The notes under the pieces: generated by a model
What the model saw: only the letters and a program-made list of their open reading frames with translations
Told to the model about the DNA's origin: nothing
The model's database searches: none
NCBI RefSeq assembly: GCF_000143415.4
Contig: NW_003314314.1
Span: 935,771-999,770 of the forward strand
Origin: Selaginella moellendorffii
Taxonomy: Eukaryota; Plantae; Lycopodiophyta
Direction: 5' to 3'
DNA: 64,000 nt
Program-made: the position numbers and the translations under genes
Shown: positions 10,825-22,333 of the stretch, one piece after another
How the letters are laid out: each line of letters begins with the position of its first letter
Position numbering within the stretch: the first letter of the stretch is position 1

Positions 10825-12046
10825 ATGGGCACCAATGGGCGGAGGTATGCAAGAAATCTCGATTTCTAGGCTTCGATTCTGATACTATTTCCTTGCAGCC
10901 ACAGATCTCCCCGGCGCCTGTCGATGATCCACGAGGAAGCGACGAAGCTCGAGAAAGACACAATCAAGCTCGAGAAGGAGGCCAAAGACAAGGAGACGAA
11001 GCTTGCGAGCATCCGCGCCGCATTGGCGATGGAGCACCGGGTGCGAGAGGATATCAGGTAGTGTCCGGGACTTCCTTGAGCTTACATTTGATTTGGGGTT
11101 CCCCAAATCTTTCGCAGCAAAGAAGCTAAAAGCAAGGGCTCTTGGTGGCATTCCCCACAGGTATTTTTTCATCACTATAGAACACTTCGTGATCGATTGA
11201 GCGGTCTTTTTTCTTCTTTTTTTTTTCCAGAGAAGCAAATGCAGTGATTTGCTATCAAGATCAAGGTCGAGCACGAAACCATTACACGAGCTCAAGACGA
11301 TTCGCAGTGGTTCTTCCTGCTCGTTAAGTGCGTCAGAGACCTTACTTCCACTTTGCATTTACATCTCAAATCTTTGTAGCTTTCCAGAGACGACTACCAC
11401 CGAGAACGAGCTCATGAGCCGGATCTGCCAGGACATGACCATCGACCAAGACTATGATCTCGACAGCACCAGATATAACTCGTCGCTCAAGAGAGCATCC
11501 AACATGCTACTGAGCTCTTTTGGCAGCGATACAAGTTTCGAAGGAACCAAGCTAAGCCAGTCATCATCCTCGGCTAGAGGAACTCCAGGCTAGTGCCTTT
11601 TTTTGTAGATCGTTTCCACTCGATCATTCGGTCTGGTCTCACACCTTGTTTTTTCAGTCGACCTGAGCCCGAGAAGGGATCGGTTCCCGGTGGAGGAGCA
11701 GCTAAGCCAGTCGAGCTCGATGCTTACGGACGATCCTCGCTGCATGGGGATTCAGACAGACCATTTCTGTCCACCGTCAGTCATGGAAAACACTGCGGCT
11801 CCTCTTCCCCCGAAGCGTGAAAAGACTTACTTCGAGCACGTAAGTTTCCTCTCCTCTTTTGGTTTTAAGTTTGTGTTTGTTTTGGCAGCTCGTTGCGCAA
11901 GCTCACATGATTCCCAAGAGATCCCTGTACGAAACAAACATCTGATAATCAGAAAACGTCAACAACAGTTTTGTACCTACCTGGAAGATTTCGATCCTGG
12001 CCAATCAAAGCCGCCTTTTAAGTATAGCTTGTACCGCTCGATGTAG
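10825..12046 (+). CDS. Hypothetical multi-exon protein (coiled-coil N-terminus, Ser-rich); 3' boundary uncertain
   Basis: ATG 10825 after a telo-box; GT-AG bounded exons reading MGTNGR-SHRSPRRLSMIHEEATKLEKDTIKLEKEAKDKETKL...; no domain recognised. Confidence 0.45.
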
Positions 12047-12416
12047 CTGACAGCCAAGCTCGGTGTCAAGTTCTTGAGAAGTATGTTCACCATCTACTTA
12101 GTTTTTAGGAAAGATATTGTCGTTCGAGCTCGATAACTAGTTAAATGCTTGCAAGATCTTGTAACGAAGCAAATGTTTCCTCTAAGAGAAGAACTCTGCG
12201 ATTGTAGTACACCTGCCAGCTTATCGAAAAACTTGGAACTCGAACTTACTTGCCTGTTTGATCGTCGCGCCTGCCAATGCCGATGGAATGACCTGTCAGC
12301 GGCTTTAAATGCTGTAAACGCGGCGATTTGCTCCTCACCGCGTGCAAATTAAACTCGCCATTGTTTTAACTTGGATGCACAGCTTGTCTGAAGAATCATC
12401 CTTTCAGGGCCCAGTT

Positions 12417-12790
12417 ATGTCGTCCCCAACTGTAGCAGCACAGAGAAACCTCCTCGTTGCGACACTTGTGCTTCTTCTCGTAGCGATTTCTAGCGGGAAC
12501 ACCAGCAGCAAATCACCTGTGGTATGTATGAAACTTTTTCAGCTTACCTGAGATGTTTGAAGGTTTTCCAGAGCAAAGGCAGGATGTTTCGCCAAGACTA
12601 TCGCGATGTGAATCCAATCCCTCGGCCATGGCTACCACTGAGACCAGGACCAATCGTCTTCATAAGGCCCGTTCCTCGCTCTCCTCCACCTCCAAAGAGT
12701 TCACTCTCGCTTCCGCCGGCACCGAGTCCTCTCCCGGGACCACAGGGACGTCGGAGGACCAAAAGGACGTTGCCAGGCTCACGAACTTGA
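12417..12790 (+). CDS. Small secreted Pro-rich peptide precursor with DY motif (PSY-like candidate), 2 exons
   Basis: Exon 1 (12417-12521) encodes a signal peptide (LLVATLVLLLVAISSG); 50-bp phase-0 intron 12522-12571; exon 2 reads SKGRMFRQDYRDVNPIPRPWLP...SPPPPK. Confidence 0.6.
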
Positions 12791-12795
12791 CGTCT

Positions 12796-14480
12796 TCACC
12801 AGTCAAGTGTATCAGAGTTTCCAGTTGTAAAGCCAACGAGTGATTGCAGAGCCAGCCTCGCTCCCGACTTGTAAATGCCGTCCAATGGATTCTTTGGAAA
12901 TTCAAAGTCGAAGTTTTCTTCTTCGGGCTTGAAAGATACCGAGTCATGCTGCGACACCTCAAAGAGCTTGCCTGGACAGTCGTCTTCCAGCTTGAAACAT
13001 AAGGAGTCCACCTCAAAGAGCTTGCCTGGACTGTCGTATCCTTGGTTGTATCCGTCTTCTTCTTCGTCTTGGATCTCCGAGATATCAAACCGTCCAGCCG
13101 ATCTGAGTTCTTCTTGGATCTCCGAGATATCAAACTGTCCAGCCGATCTGAGTTCTTCGCAGTCTGAATGGCCGTCGCCTTCAAGCTGTGAATCGTTTCC
13201 ATCTATCGAATGCAGTCCCAATGTATCCTTCGTAACTTCAAAGCTCAATTTTTCTTCTTCCGGCTCGGAATATAGCGACGAGAGTAAGTCCTGTTGCGGC
13301 ACCTCGAACAGCTGGCCTGGACTGTCGAGCTTGTCTGTCTCGATACTCTGGCTTGAGAGATTTACATTTGGGAACCGTCCAGCACTCCATGCCGATCTTG
13401 TCATCTCCTTGACGTTCCAGGTTTTCAGTGCTTCGTAGTCTGAATCTCCGTCGTCGTCTTTGAGCTGTGAACGACTCTCAACATGCCCCTCCCAATCCGC
13501 ACTATTGTCATCCGAAAGCCCGGAACTCCACGCTAATTCCGTCATCTCCTTGATATTCCAGTTCTTCAAGGCTTCGAAGTGAGAATCCTCTTCGTCTTCA
13601 AGCAGTAAGGGACTTCCAGGTTGAAGTAGTTTATGGCCTTTTTCCTCGCACGAGATGGCCGGATTAACAACGTCCAGCCTCCTGAGCAGTGTTTCGACTC
13701 TGGGAGGCCTGGAAAATAAATTAGCTACCAACGTGAGCAAAATCAACCCAATGTAACCTTACCCCTTAGATTTGGAACTCCGAGATGATAGTTCTTGGAG
13801 ATTATGTTGGATTCGCGTGAATATGTTCTTATAGTTGCCCGTGTAGATTGCCCCTGTGCATAGTAGTATTTAGAACAAGAGAATAGCTACAATCTTCAAG
13901 AACTTTACCATCATCGCTTTTACTTCCCCTTAACATTCCATCTGTCGAGGAAGGAAAAGGTCAAAACATTAAGTACAATGCTGAAACTTATTACCATTGT
14001 GTCTTTGCGTATGAGTTGGAGAACTTAAATCTCGATTTTCTTTGGAACGTTTGAAGTAGATTTCACCTTAAAACAGACTCAGGGTCAATGAGATTTCTAG
14101 ATCACACCTTAAAAATCTTACCATCATCCTTGTGACTTCCAGTATTTTCTGGACACCATGAAAAAATTACAATCCTGAAATAATCACCAATCTTACCTTC
14201 GTAGCTTCCCTTGTAGCTCAAATCTGGGAAAACGAAGTGAGAGCTAGAATTATAAAACAATGCTATAAGAAACTACCATCATTTTTGTCGCTTCCCGAGT
14301 CGATTGTTCCTGGACAAAAAAGGATACCGAGAATGACGCAGGAACAATAGTAAAGGCTTACGATCGTCTCGCTCTGGGGTGTGTACTTCTGGCAGACACT
14401 GCTGGAACCGTTTGAAGAAACTAAACTCGGACGTCCTCGGCCTGTCGAAGAAGCTCGAATTCTGGAAAACCGTCCTTCTC
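12796..14480 (-). CDS. Hypothetical acidic protein with internal repeats; large last exon 12796-~13710 plus short upstream exons; start uncertain
   Basis: 316-aa ORF with duplicated EALKxWNxKEMT, EELRSAGxFDISEIQ and DSPGxLFEV motifs; several CTTACC donors (minus strand) at 13760-14280. Confidence 0.5.
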
Positions 14481-14798
14481 AATTGCCGCGTCTTGTTCCT
14501 GAATGGTAACCACGTAAGAACGAGCCAAGCCGGACCATAATCTCACTTCAAGCGCTTCTTCTCGAGCGCGCGACGCGATCGGAACCCCTGAATACCAAAA
14601 TCAAGGAAAGATCGGAGACCTGCAATGCCAGATGCGCCTACTTGCGACGCGGAGGAGGAGGACGATGCCGATGACGCCGTGCCAAGGCTTCGGACTCCCA
14701 TTGCTGAAGAGCCCTAATACTCTGCTCCACAAAGCCGTAAGACCCTGATTTTCCCGCCTTGTTTTCGAATTTCCCGCCCTAGGTCTTCTTCGCGCGCG

Positions 14799-15847
14799 AT
14801 GGCTGGCACCAAGGGTCAAGCGCCTAAGCTTCGCAAGCGCGTCGACGCTGCTGTGGAGCTCAAGCGTGCCGCCGATGGAAGTGGATTTGTTCGCTGGTAT
14901 GTGTTTTCGTGACGATTCTATGGAAGCCCTAGTCTCCAATCGTTCTTTCTCTATTCAGCGAAGAATGCAAGAAGGATGTGCCAGTTGCGGTGGCAGACAT
15001 GCATACATGCAGTAGCTTGAAGGTGCCCTTGAGAGGTGAGCGAAGATTTTGCTTTCCCCCCTTTTCTTGGTTTTCATCACGCTAGTTTTGTTAGTTTCAA
15101 GTGCGCCAGAGAGGAAGCCGATGGAAAAGCAAAGTAAGAAACGCAGTGGTGGTAAAACAGAAGAGAAGAAGCCGAAGAAGCAAGCCAAGAAGAGAAAAAA
15201 GGACAGTAATCTTCCAAAGAAGCCAATGACGGCGTTCTTCCTCTTCATGTAAGACTGCTTTCGTTGCTTGAGTCGTTTCGAGTTATTTCACTGTTGTGAT
15301 GGTTTTGCTCTCAGGGAGGACTTCAGGCAAAAGAAAAAGGCAGAGAATGTGAAGGGCTCTGAGGTTGGATGCTGCGACAAATTTTTTTCATCATGCTAAC
15401 TTGGATGTGTGTTTTTTGTTACAGGTAGCGAAGCTTGGGGGAGAAGCATGGAAGGCGATGACACAAGAGGTCGTGAAAATATTGTCTTTGTTTTTCTTGA
15501 CTGATTGTTTTCCTTTTTCCAGGAAAAAGCTCCTTACACTGAGAAGGCAGCTCAACTGAAACGAGAATACGATGCTGAAGTTAAAAAACTAAATGCCGAT
15601 GAAGCTTCCGAGGTAAACTTTGTAGCTTCATTACGTTATCTTGGTCTGATAACCCAACTGGCAGCCGAAGGAGGACGATGGCGGTGAATCCGGCAGGGAG
15701 GATTGCAGAGTCATGAACGAAGAGAACGCCGATGAGTCGGAGAAGGAGAATGGAAGCGGATCGGCCACTGAAGCAGAAGAGGTTTGAATAAAAAACTCCA
15801 ACTTCACATCTACTTTTAACTTTTTTGTTTCTCTGTTTTTGCAGTAG
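14799..15847 (+). CDS. HMG-box protein, HMGB7-type (N-terminal C-x2-C...H-x-C motif, acidic tail)
   Basis: MAGTKGQAPKLRKRVDAA...RAADGSGFVRCEECKKDVPVAVADMHTC; KDSNLPKKPMTAFFLFM; AKLGGEAWKAMT; EKAPY. The last coding exon is only the TAG at 15845-15847. Confidence 0.88.
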
Positions 15848-16244
15848 CTAGTTGTTTATGCATAGCGTTGTTAAATATTTGACAAACCAGGATTTTTCGC
15901 TGAGCTTGATTCGTTACAAAGCGATAAAAGAGACATGAAAAAAATGAGAAAATCGAAAAATCACTTTCTGTACCGTAGGAGCATAAAGATCAGGTCCTGC
16001 CCGCCTCTAGAGACCATACTACGAACAGCATTGGAAGGTTCGTCCGGCTGTTTATCAGTATAACTCATTGATTCTTTTTTATTTCTCTCCAGCAGTACAG
16101 AAGATTTGTGGCTGCTTAGGAAGAGCAGTCAAGGTCTTTACTGTGACTTGCCGTGTCATCGCTGGAGTCTGAGGTCTTATTGTCGCCCTCTAAGGTTTGC
16201 ACTGGAATTCATCGCTGATACATGCCAGGTGTGAGCAGGCAGGC

Positions 16245-18210
16245 ATGAGAAATCCCGGTATTGTTAGAAAGCTAGTTCTTCTGGCGTGGTTTCAATGGGG
16301 GGTAGCAACAGCAGCAGCAATTTGCGAGAGAACGAGCTGCGGTAATGTCACTGTTCAATACCCCTTTGGTCTCGGATATGGCTGTGGAAGTCCCGGCTTT
16401 GGGCTAAGCTGCACAGACTCTGTCTTGTACTTCAACAGTTCGATTGTGGGAAGCATCGACTACAATGGCCGAAGTTTGGTTTTGAGCTCCGGTGAAGGCT
16501 GCCCCTTGAGGAATCCTTCAACGGAGATTCAGATCTGTAGCAGAAACCAAAGAAATGACGGGAATGGACAGCAAGTATGTTTGCTTGGTTACAGTAGCTG
16601 CTGCTTGGAAAGAAACTCGTCATTCGACGGAGAAGGATGTATGGCTTACAGGGCGGCTGGAGGCTCGTCTTCAACAGTTAGTGCTTCTCTGGGTGATTTT
16701 TCACTCAGGTGGCCTGTGGAACTACAGACTAGGTGCGACCCTTGCCATCGCGTTGGGAATGGACAGTGCGGCTACAACTCAACAAGTGATTTCGTCTGCT
16801 TTTGTGCGACGTCAAACACGACCGCAACTTGCAGTGACCCTCGTAAGTAATTATCATTTTTCTTCCTGCTTCGCAGCTCACATTTGGACGTATCTCTGCA
16901 GAAGGCCGAACCAATGCTCCAATAATCATATCAGGTATATCAGGTAGTTTGATTTCTAAGATGGTTATTTTATGAGAGTGGCGACTTACTTTCGATTGGC
17001 ATGAACAGGCTCTGTCGCCATCGCGGTGATTGTCGTGGTTCTCGTGTTCGGAGTGAGCCTCTCAATATACTGGAAGTGGAAAAAGAATGGCCGCGAGAGC
17101 ACGCCAGAGCCGATTTTCTCACTCGACGATCCCAGCCGAGATGTCGAAAACCTCCGCCAGATACTCTCCACGCGCAGGGGCGACCCCGCAAAGCTCTACA
17201 CCTTATCCGAGATCGACAAGGCCACAAACGGTTTCGACAAGGAACACAAGATTGGCAGCGGTGGCTTTGGCACTGTTTACAAAGGACTCTTCGACGACGG
17301 CTCGGTTCTAGCAATCAAGAGAGCAAACCACACATCAAAGCAAAGCTCGCGGCACTTTTACAACGAGGTGGCCGTCCTTTCACAGGTAAACCACCGCAAC
17401 TTACTCAGGCTCATGGGTTGCTGCGTCGACTCGGACGTTCCCATACTCGTGTACGAGTACATTCCAAACGGGAATCTCTTCGAACATCTCCACAAGAGGC
17501 CGGGGGTTTTAAGCTGGAGCAACAGACTGACGATCGCAATAGAGACGGCCGAGGCACTTGCTTACTTGCACTCGGCTGCGTATCCACCGATCTATCACAG
17601 GGACGTAAAGTCGGCCAACATTCTCCTCGACAACGCCTTCACGACGAAGGTGGCGGACTTTGGCCTCTCCCGGCTGGTTCCCGTGGACGTGACTCACGTC
17701 TCGACCATGGTACAAGGAACTCCCGGCTACGTCGACCCGGAGTATCACCAGACGTATCAGCTCACGGACAAGAGCGACGTCTACAGCTTTGGGGTGGTGC
17801 TGCTGGAGATGGTCACGGGGCGCAAGCCAGTGGACTTCGCCAGAGCTTCCAAGGACGTGAACCTCAGCGCCTACTCGGTGCCTTTGATCCGGAAGGGACT
17901 GATCGAGGAGATCGTGGACCCGAAGCTGGAAGTGAGAGTTTCTGGCAACGCGGCCGACTTGGAGCTCCTGGAATCCATCCGAGCAGTGGCCAACGTCGCG
18001 ATGGCGTGCCTGGCGTTTACGAGAGACGAGCGGCCGACGATGAAGAGAGTGTTGGAGGAGCTTGTGGCGATCCGGGGGTCGGATGGATTGATTAGGACGG
18101 AGTGGCTGGAAGGCGAGGTGATTCTCACCGAGAGTTTCCATCCCAGCGAGGGTGTCTCGTATAACAGCGGTCGGTCGCGAGATCATTCAGCGGAGATAAC
18201 GGCCAGGTAA
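16245..18210 (+). CDS. Wall-associated kinase-like receptor kinase (GUB_WAK ectodomain, TM, RD kinase)
   Basis: Signal peptide; CGNVTVQYPFG...CG; Cys-rich ectodomain; TM IVVVLVFGVSLSIYW; GSGGFGTVY, HRDVKSANILL, DFGLSR, GTPGYVDPEY. Confidence 0.93.
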
Positions 18211-18479
18211 AGTATATATAAATCAGTTTTGAAACTTCCACTCTGGCAACAGACTTCGTTCCGTGCAAGAAGGCGATTTTAGATATACCTATCGTCATAC
18301 GTCTGAATTCGGATCAAATCTTTGCCCTGCAGGAGCAAAGAACTGTAATGCCACTTTTCTAATCAATTTCAAATATCAATCTCCAAAGGATTGTTTAACA
18401 GATTGTAGATTATATGTCCCGTTACCTGTAGAGAAGTAAAGAACCTTCCAGAATCGTGTGCTTGTCATCTGAAAGTTCT

Positions 18480-18700
18480 GAAGCATTAACTGGCCATAAA
18501 GGTCTTTCATGGCGCATCCATTGCCTGAGCATAACAACGCAAGCTACCTCTACTGCTACATGACCAACACGATCTCACAAAATTCTCCAATATAACCCAT
18601 TGCGCTGATGATTGTCACAATTGTCCAGGAGAAAAAATTCTGTCCAAGAATTTGCTGGGCTTCCTCCAGAGCACCACACATTGGTAAGGAATTTTCCAGC
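18480..18700 (-). pseudogene. Possible decayed PPR-gene fragment
   Basis: Minus-strand CGALEEAQQIL...FSWTIVTIISAMG resembles PLS-PPR motifs; no intact ORF. Confidence 0.3.
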
Positions 18701-19539
18701 CTCCCCACCAACGGATTCTTCCACGGCTGCCGCTCCCTAAGCCGAGGTAGCGCGTATACTTGCATGTCATTCGCCAGGTATTTTTTTCTATTCGTTTTGA
18801 ACTGACCTTTATTCAATAAATATTCATAATGTATCCAAATTTTAAATAAAAACATAAGTTAGCTCGAATGGTGTTTGATAAGATCTTTGCTCAAGAAAAT
18901 ACATATAGTGGAACAATCAAAAGAGAAATACTTGTTTTACTTGCTAGATGGGCATATATGGCTGTGGTTGCACATGACAGGTGTGGATATGATTTTTTGT
19001 TTTTCATTATGGTAAGCAATTTGTGATTGTAAGTTTTGGGAGGAGGTACAATTGAAATATACCTAAAGTGTGGCAAGTAATTTGTGATTGCAACTTTAGG
19101 GGGGAGGTACACCTCCCAACAAAAAGGTTTACATAGCTTAGCAAAAAAATGTATTGACCTGTAAGATATATGAATTCAAAACACATGTGTTTTAATTGTC
19201 TAAACATATGTATGATTCATAAAATAATCTTTGGATGTAATTTTTTTTTCAAGTCATAAGCATGTATGCCCTGTATGAATTTTGCCCTCATATAAAATCC
19301 ATATCAATGCGTTATATGTATATCAACTTTATTACAATAGTAGGGTTTTCTATATGAATTGGGTTAGTAATGATGAGTAGAGCACCTTTATGTTTTGCCA
19401 ATTCTTCTTAAGCGGTGAGTGTAAATCATAAATTTTTCTCTTCTAATTTGCTAATTTACCTTGTTTATCTGATTACCTTTGCTTTCGCTTCAATTACTTG
19501 GATTCAATTATTTATTGCATAAGCAACAAGGTATTAGCC

Positions 19540-19910
19540 ATTTATCAATAGATTCCTAAACTCTATCCAAATCCCCCTCCTTGGATTAAAAGTTTAGTTA
19601 CGCTCCTTACAAACATAAACACATCACTTTCTAGATTCTTAATATCCCTTAATATAAAAAAATTTGTTCATGGGACCTTTAAATCCCAAAGCTTAAATAC
19701 ATATCTTAATTTGAACCTTAGGGGGAAATGTGGTATAGGTACCTTAACTCCCCACTTCCAATTTAAAGGGAAGGCTTAGAATAAGGCAAGGTACTTAATG
19801 GGGCACCATTCCACTTAAGCTGAGAGCATTGTAATCAATTTCCTTTCTAAAAGTGAAAGTTGTTCTTAAATATGTCTTAAAGGAGCTTTTAGGCCCAGTA
19901 CTTTGCAATC
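19540..19910 (-). mobile_element. Possible highly degraded L1 LINE RT fragment
   Basis: Frameshifted KYLG-like (~19895) and K-x-x-GG-x-G-like (~19575) motifs in the expected order within AT-rich DNA. Confidence 0.25.
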
Positions 19911-20221
19911 TTTTTTTTAGTCATTATATTGAACTTGTAATGATGTGTGTTCAAAAAATGAGCTCTTGTATTCCTCATACCTCATAGTGAAGGATATTAA
20001 CAAGGGTCATTAATCAGAGGTACTTTAAAACCATTCTCCAGCTGTTTTGTCACCCCACACAACGGTTATCAATCTATGAAGATTCACGTCATATATATAC
20101 CATTATCATAACACTTTGTTTGAAAATGAATGGGGACGGAAGAGTGTGGCACTTTTCCTAAGCTGGGGGTCCAGGTTAGCCTAGTTTCAAAGACTCTCTG
20201 GAACCTGTAGCTTCATTCAGT

Positions 20222-20810
20222 CTCTTAAAAAAGATTGAAACAGCCAAGATTTCTTTAGCATCTGTCTGCGCATAATGATAATAATAACAGCTATTTCAAG
20301 TCATGAGGACCCATCCTATCTACTGCTGGTGTGGGGTTGGGGATGTGTAGTTTCAAAGATGGCAAGATGCCATTAGCGTCTACTGCAGAAGGTTGTGGTT
20401 AAGCAAAGCTGTATACATGTGAAAATTTGCCGAAGAAGCAGATAACGAGACTCCACAATTAACTACAGGAATAGGGAGTGAGCACACTAACTTATCGGAC
20501 CGATATACAATGTACCTCCCCATTCGTCTGGATTGAGACTAAAAGCTTCTAGTCACAAAGACTCGACCTTATCATGAACCTCGAATGGGAAAGCCCTTAA
20601 TTCTTAGACGTAATTTGAAACGACCTACTCATTTGCACCGTAGATAGCCTCGCTATACTTGCATGACTGAAGTTGAAGTGAAATTCTGCTAGGGAATTAG
20701 CTCCAGCTCCTTCTATGCATAGCAAAAGCAAGAAAACCAGCCTTCCATTGACGATTAGTTTCCAGCTCATTAGCGATTTCCGGATCAACGTCGGAAAGTG
20801 GATTGAGATG
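20222..20810 (-). pseudogene. Decayed partial duplicate of the SHMT 5' exons and introns
   Basis: AAGATTGAAACAGCC.AGATTT, TAAGCAAAGCTGTATACA, CCTCCCCATTCGT.TGGATTGAGAC and GATTTCCGGATCAACGTCG all match 23718-24360 in the same orientation, with many small deletions. Confidence 0.85.
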
Positions 20811-21230
20811 TTGCGAGGCATTTAAAAAGGGTTGTCTAGGTCCCAAGATCAACCGAAGTGTCACAGCGACAGAGCCCGTTCATGCCAATAGAAAGTAAGT
20901 CGCTACTCGTCATAAAATACCCATCTTAGAAAGCTACCTGGATTCCATGATTAAAGTGCGTGAGGAACAAAAGACAAAAAGGAAGAAAAGAAAAAGGATT
21001 GAGTTGCAGCCATATTGCAAGCACCATAGATAGTAATCAAGGTAACTTAAAAAAGAACTCTGGAGTGAAAAATCAGCGAATTGCCTTTGTTTCTCCGCAA
21101 AAGAACATCTACAATTGATTTCACACTACTCAGCTGATTGCCAAAAACTTGCACGCCTTCTCAGGCTTCTCCCGACTCAGTTCTAAAGCAAAAAGGACAA
21201 AAGCATTAGAAATCAAACCGGAAAACTGAA

Positions 21231-22163
21231 TCAACCAACCTCTGGTTTCACACCCGGTCCTGGCACTGCATCATGTCCGAAACGAAACTTGTAAACGTGC
21301 AACATGCCTTCCAGCCTAGATCCAGTAAAACAAGTGTATAGCATGTCACTGTACTGCTCCGGCGTTTCACTTTGTACGTGAGCTTGTGCGTCGCCTTGAC
21401 TCTGGATGCTCCCAGTGCCATAGCATGTAACCTGCAAACCAGCAAGAGGCAAACCGGCTGCTTCCAAAGCAGCAACATGTGCCGGCATATTCATCAACTC
21501 GTTCCAATCTGCTGGAAGAGCTAGGCCCGCTTGCTGCAGAGTTGATCTTGCTTTTTCACGGCAGCTGTCTAATAGCTTCCTCGCGAGGATGAAATCCAGG
21601 CCTTCTAAGCGTGCAACGACAGCTTCCAACCAGTCTATTTTCTGCTGCTGTGCCTCTACTTGTTTGTGAAGTGTGGAAATCTCCTGCTGCTGTGCCTCTA
21701 CTTGTTTATGAAGTGTGGAAACCTCCTGCTGCAATGTGGAAACCTCCTGCTGAGATGTGGAAACCTCCCTCTCAAGCGTAGAGATCTGCATCTTCTGCCG
21801 CTCCGATTCCTTTTCCCACTTGTCCAATCTGGTCTTCATCTCATCGAAGAGGGACTTGTAATTGCTGATTCCCACCTGTGGATCACTCTTGAGTATCTCC
21901 TGATAGTTAGTTGCCTGTCTATAAAGAAGATCCTTCTGCTGCGTTGACGCGATCGGCTCGTAGAGAATAAACCCCTTCTTGTTGATGAGTTCCTGGACCG
22001 TCTTGTCCGAACAGTCGCCTGGGATCACCACTGTTTTCGTAAGAAGAGTGTCTGGGATTCCAACCGAGGCAAAATGACCTTCTCTATACTGCCGAAACCT
22101 TTCGTCGTAGACGGCCTCATCGACCGTGATGGACAGGAGCTCCATTGGTATCTTTTGTTTCAT
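21231..22163 (-). CDS. Intronless hypothetical coiled-coil protein (310 aa) with heptad tandem repeats
   Basis: Clean ATG-to-TGA ORF; repeats EVSTSQQ/EVSTLQQ/EVSTLHK/QVEAQQQ arising from 21/42-bp DNA repeats at ~21640-21770. Confidence 0.65.
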   Translation of the reverse strand: MKQKIPMELLSITVDEAVYDERFRQYREGHFASVGIPDTLLTKTVVIPGDCSDKTVQELINKKGFILYEPIASTQQKDLLYRQATNYQEILKSDPQVGISNYKSLFDEMKTRLDKWEKESERQKMQISTLEREVSTSQQEVSTLQQEVSTLHKQVEAQQQEISTLHKQVEAQQQKIDWLEAVVARLEGLDFILARKLLDSCREKARSTLQQAGLALPADWNELMNMPAHVAALEAAGLPLAGLQVTCYGTGSIQSQGDAQAHVQSETPEQYSDMLYTCFTGSRLEGMLHVYKFRFGHDAVPGPGVKPEVG

Positions 22164-22333
22164 GGATGTCCTTCCATCGTCAATAGCTACTTGGAGCTAC
22201 AATCGACAGGAAAGAGCTTCGCTCCTCGGCCACCCTAAATTCTGGTGATTCGATTTTTTTTATATGTATTAGCATTCTAGTATGTTCTATATTGACGGTC
22301 GAAAAGAAAAATGACGGCCGACAACATAAGATC

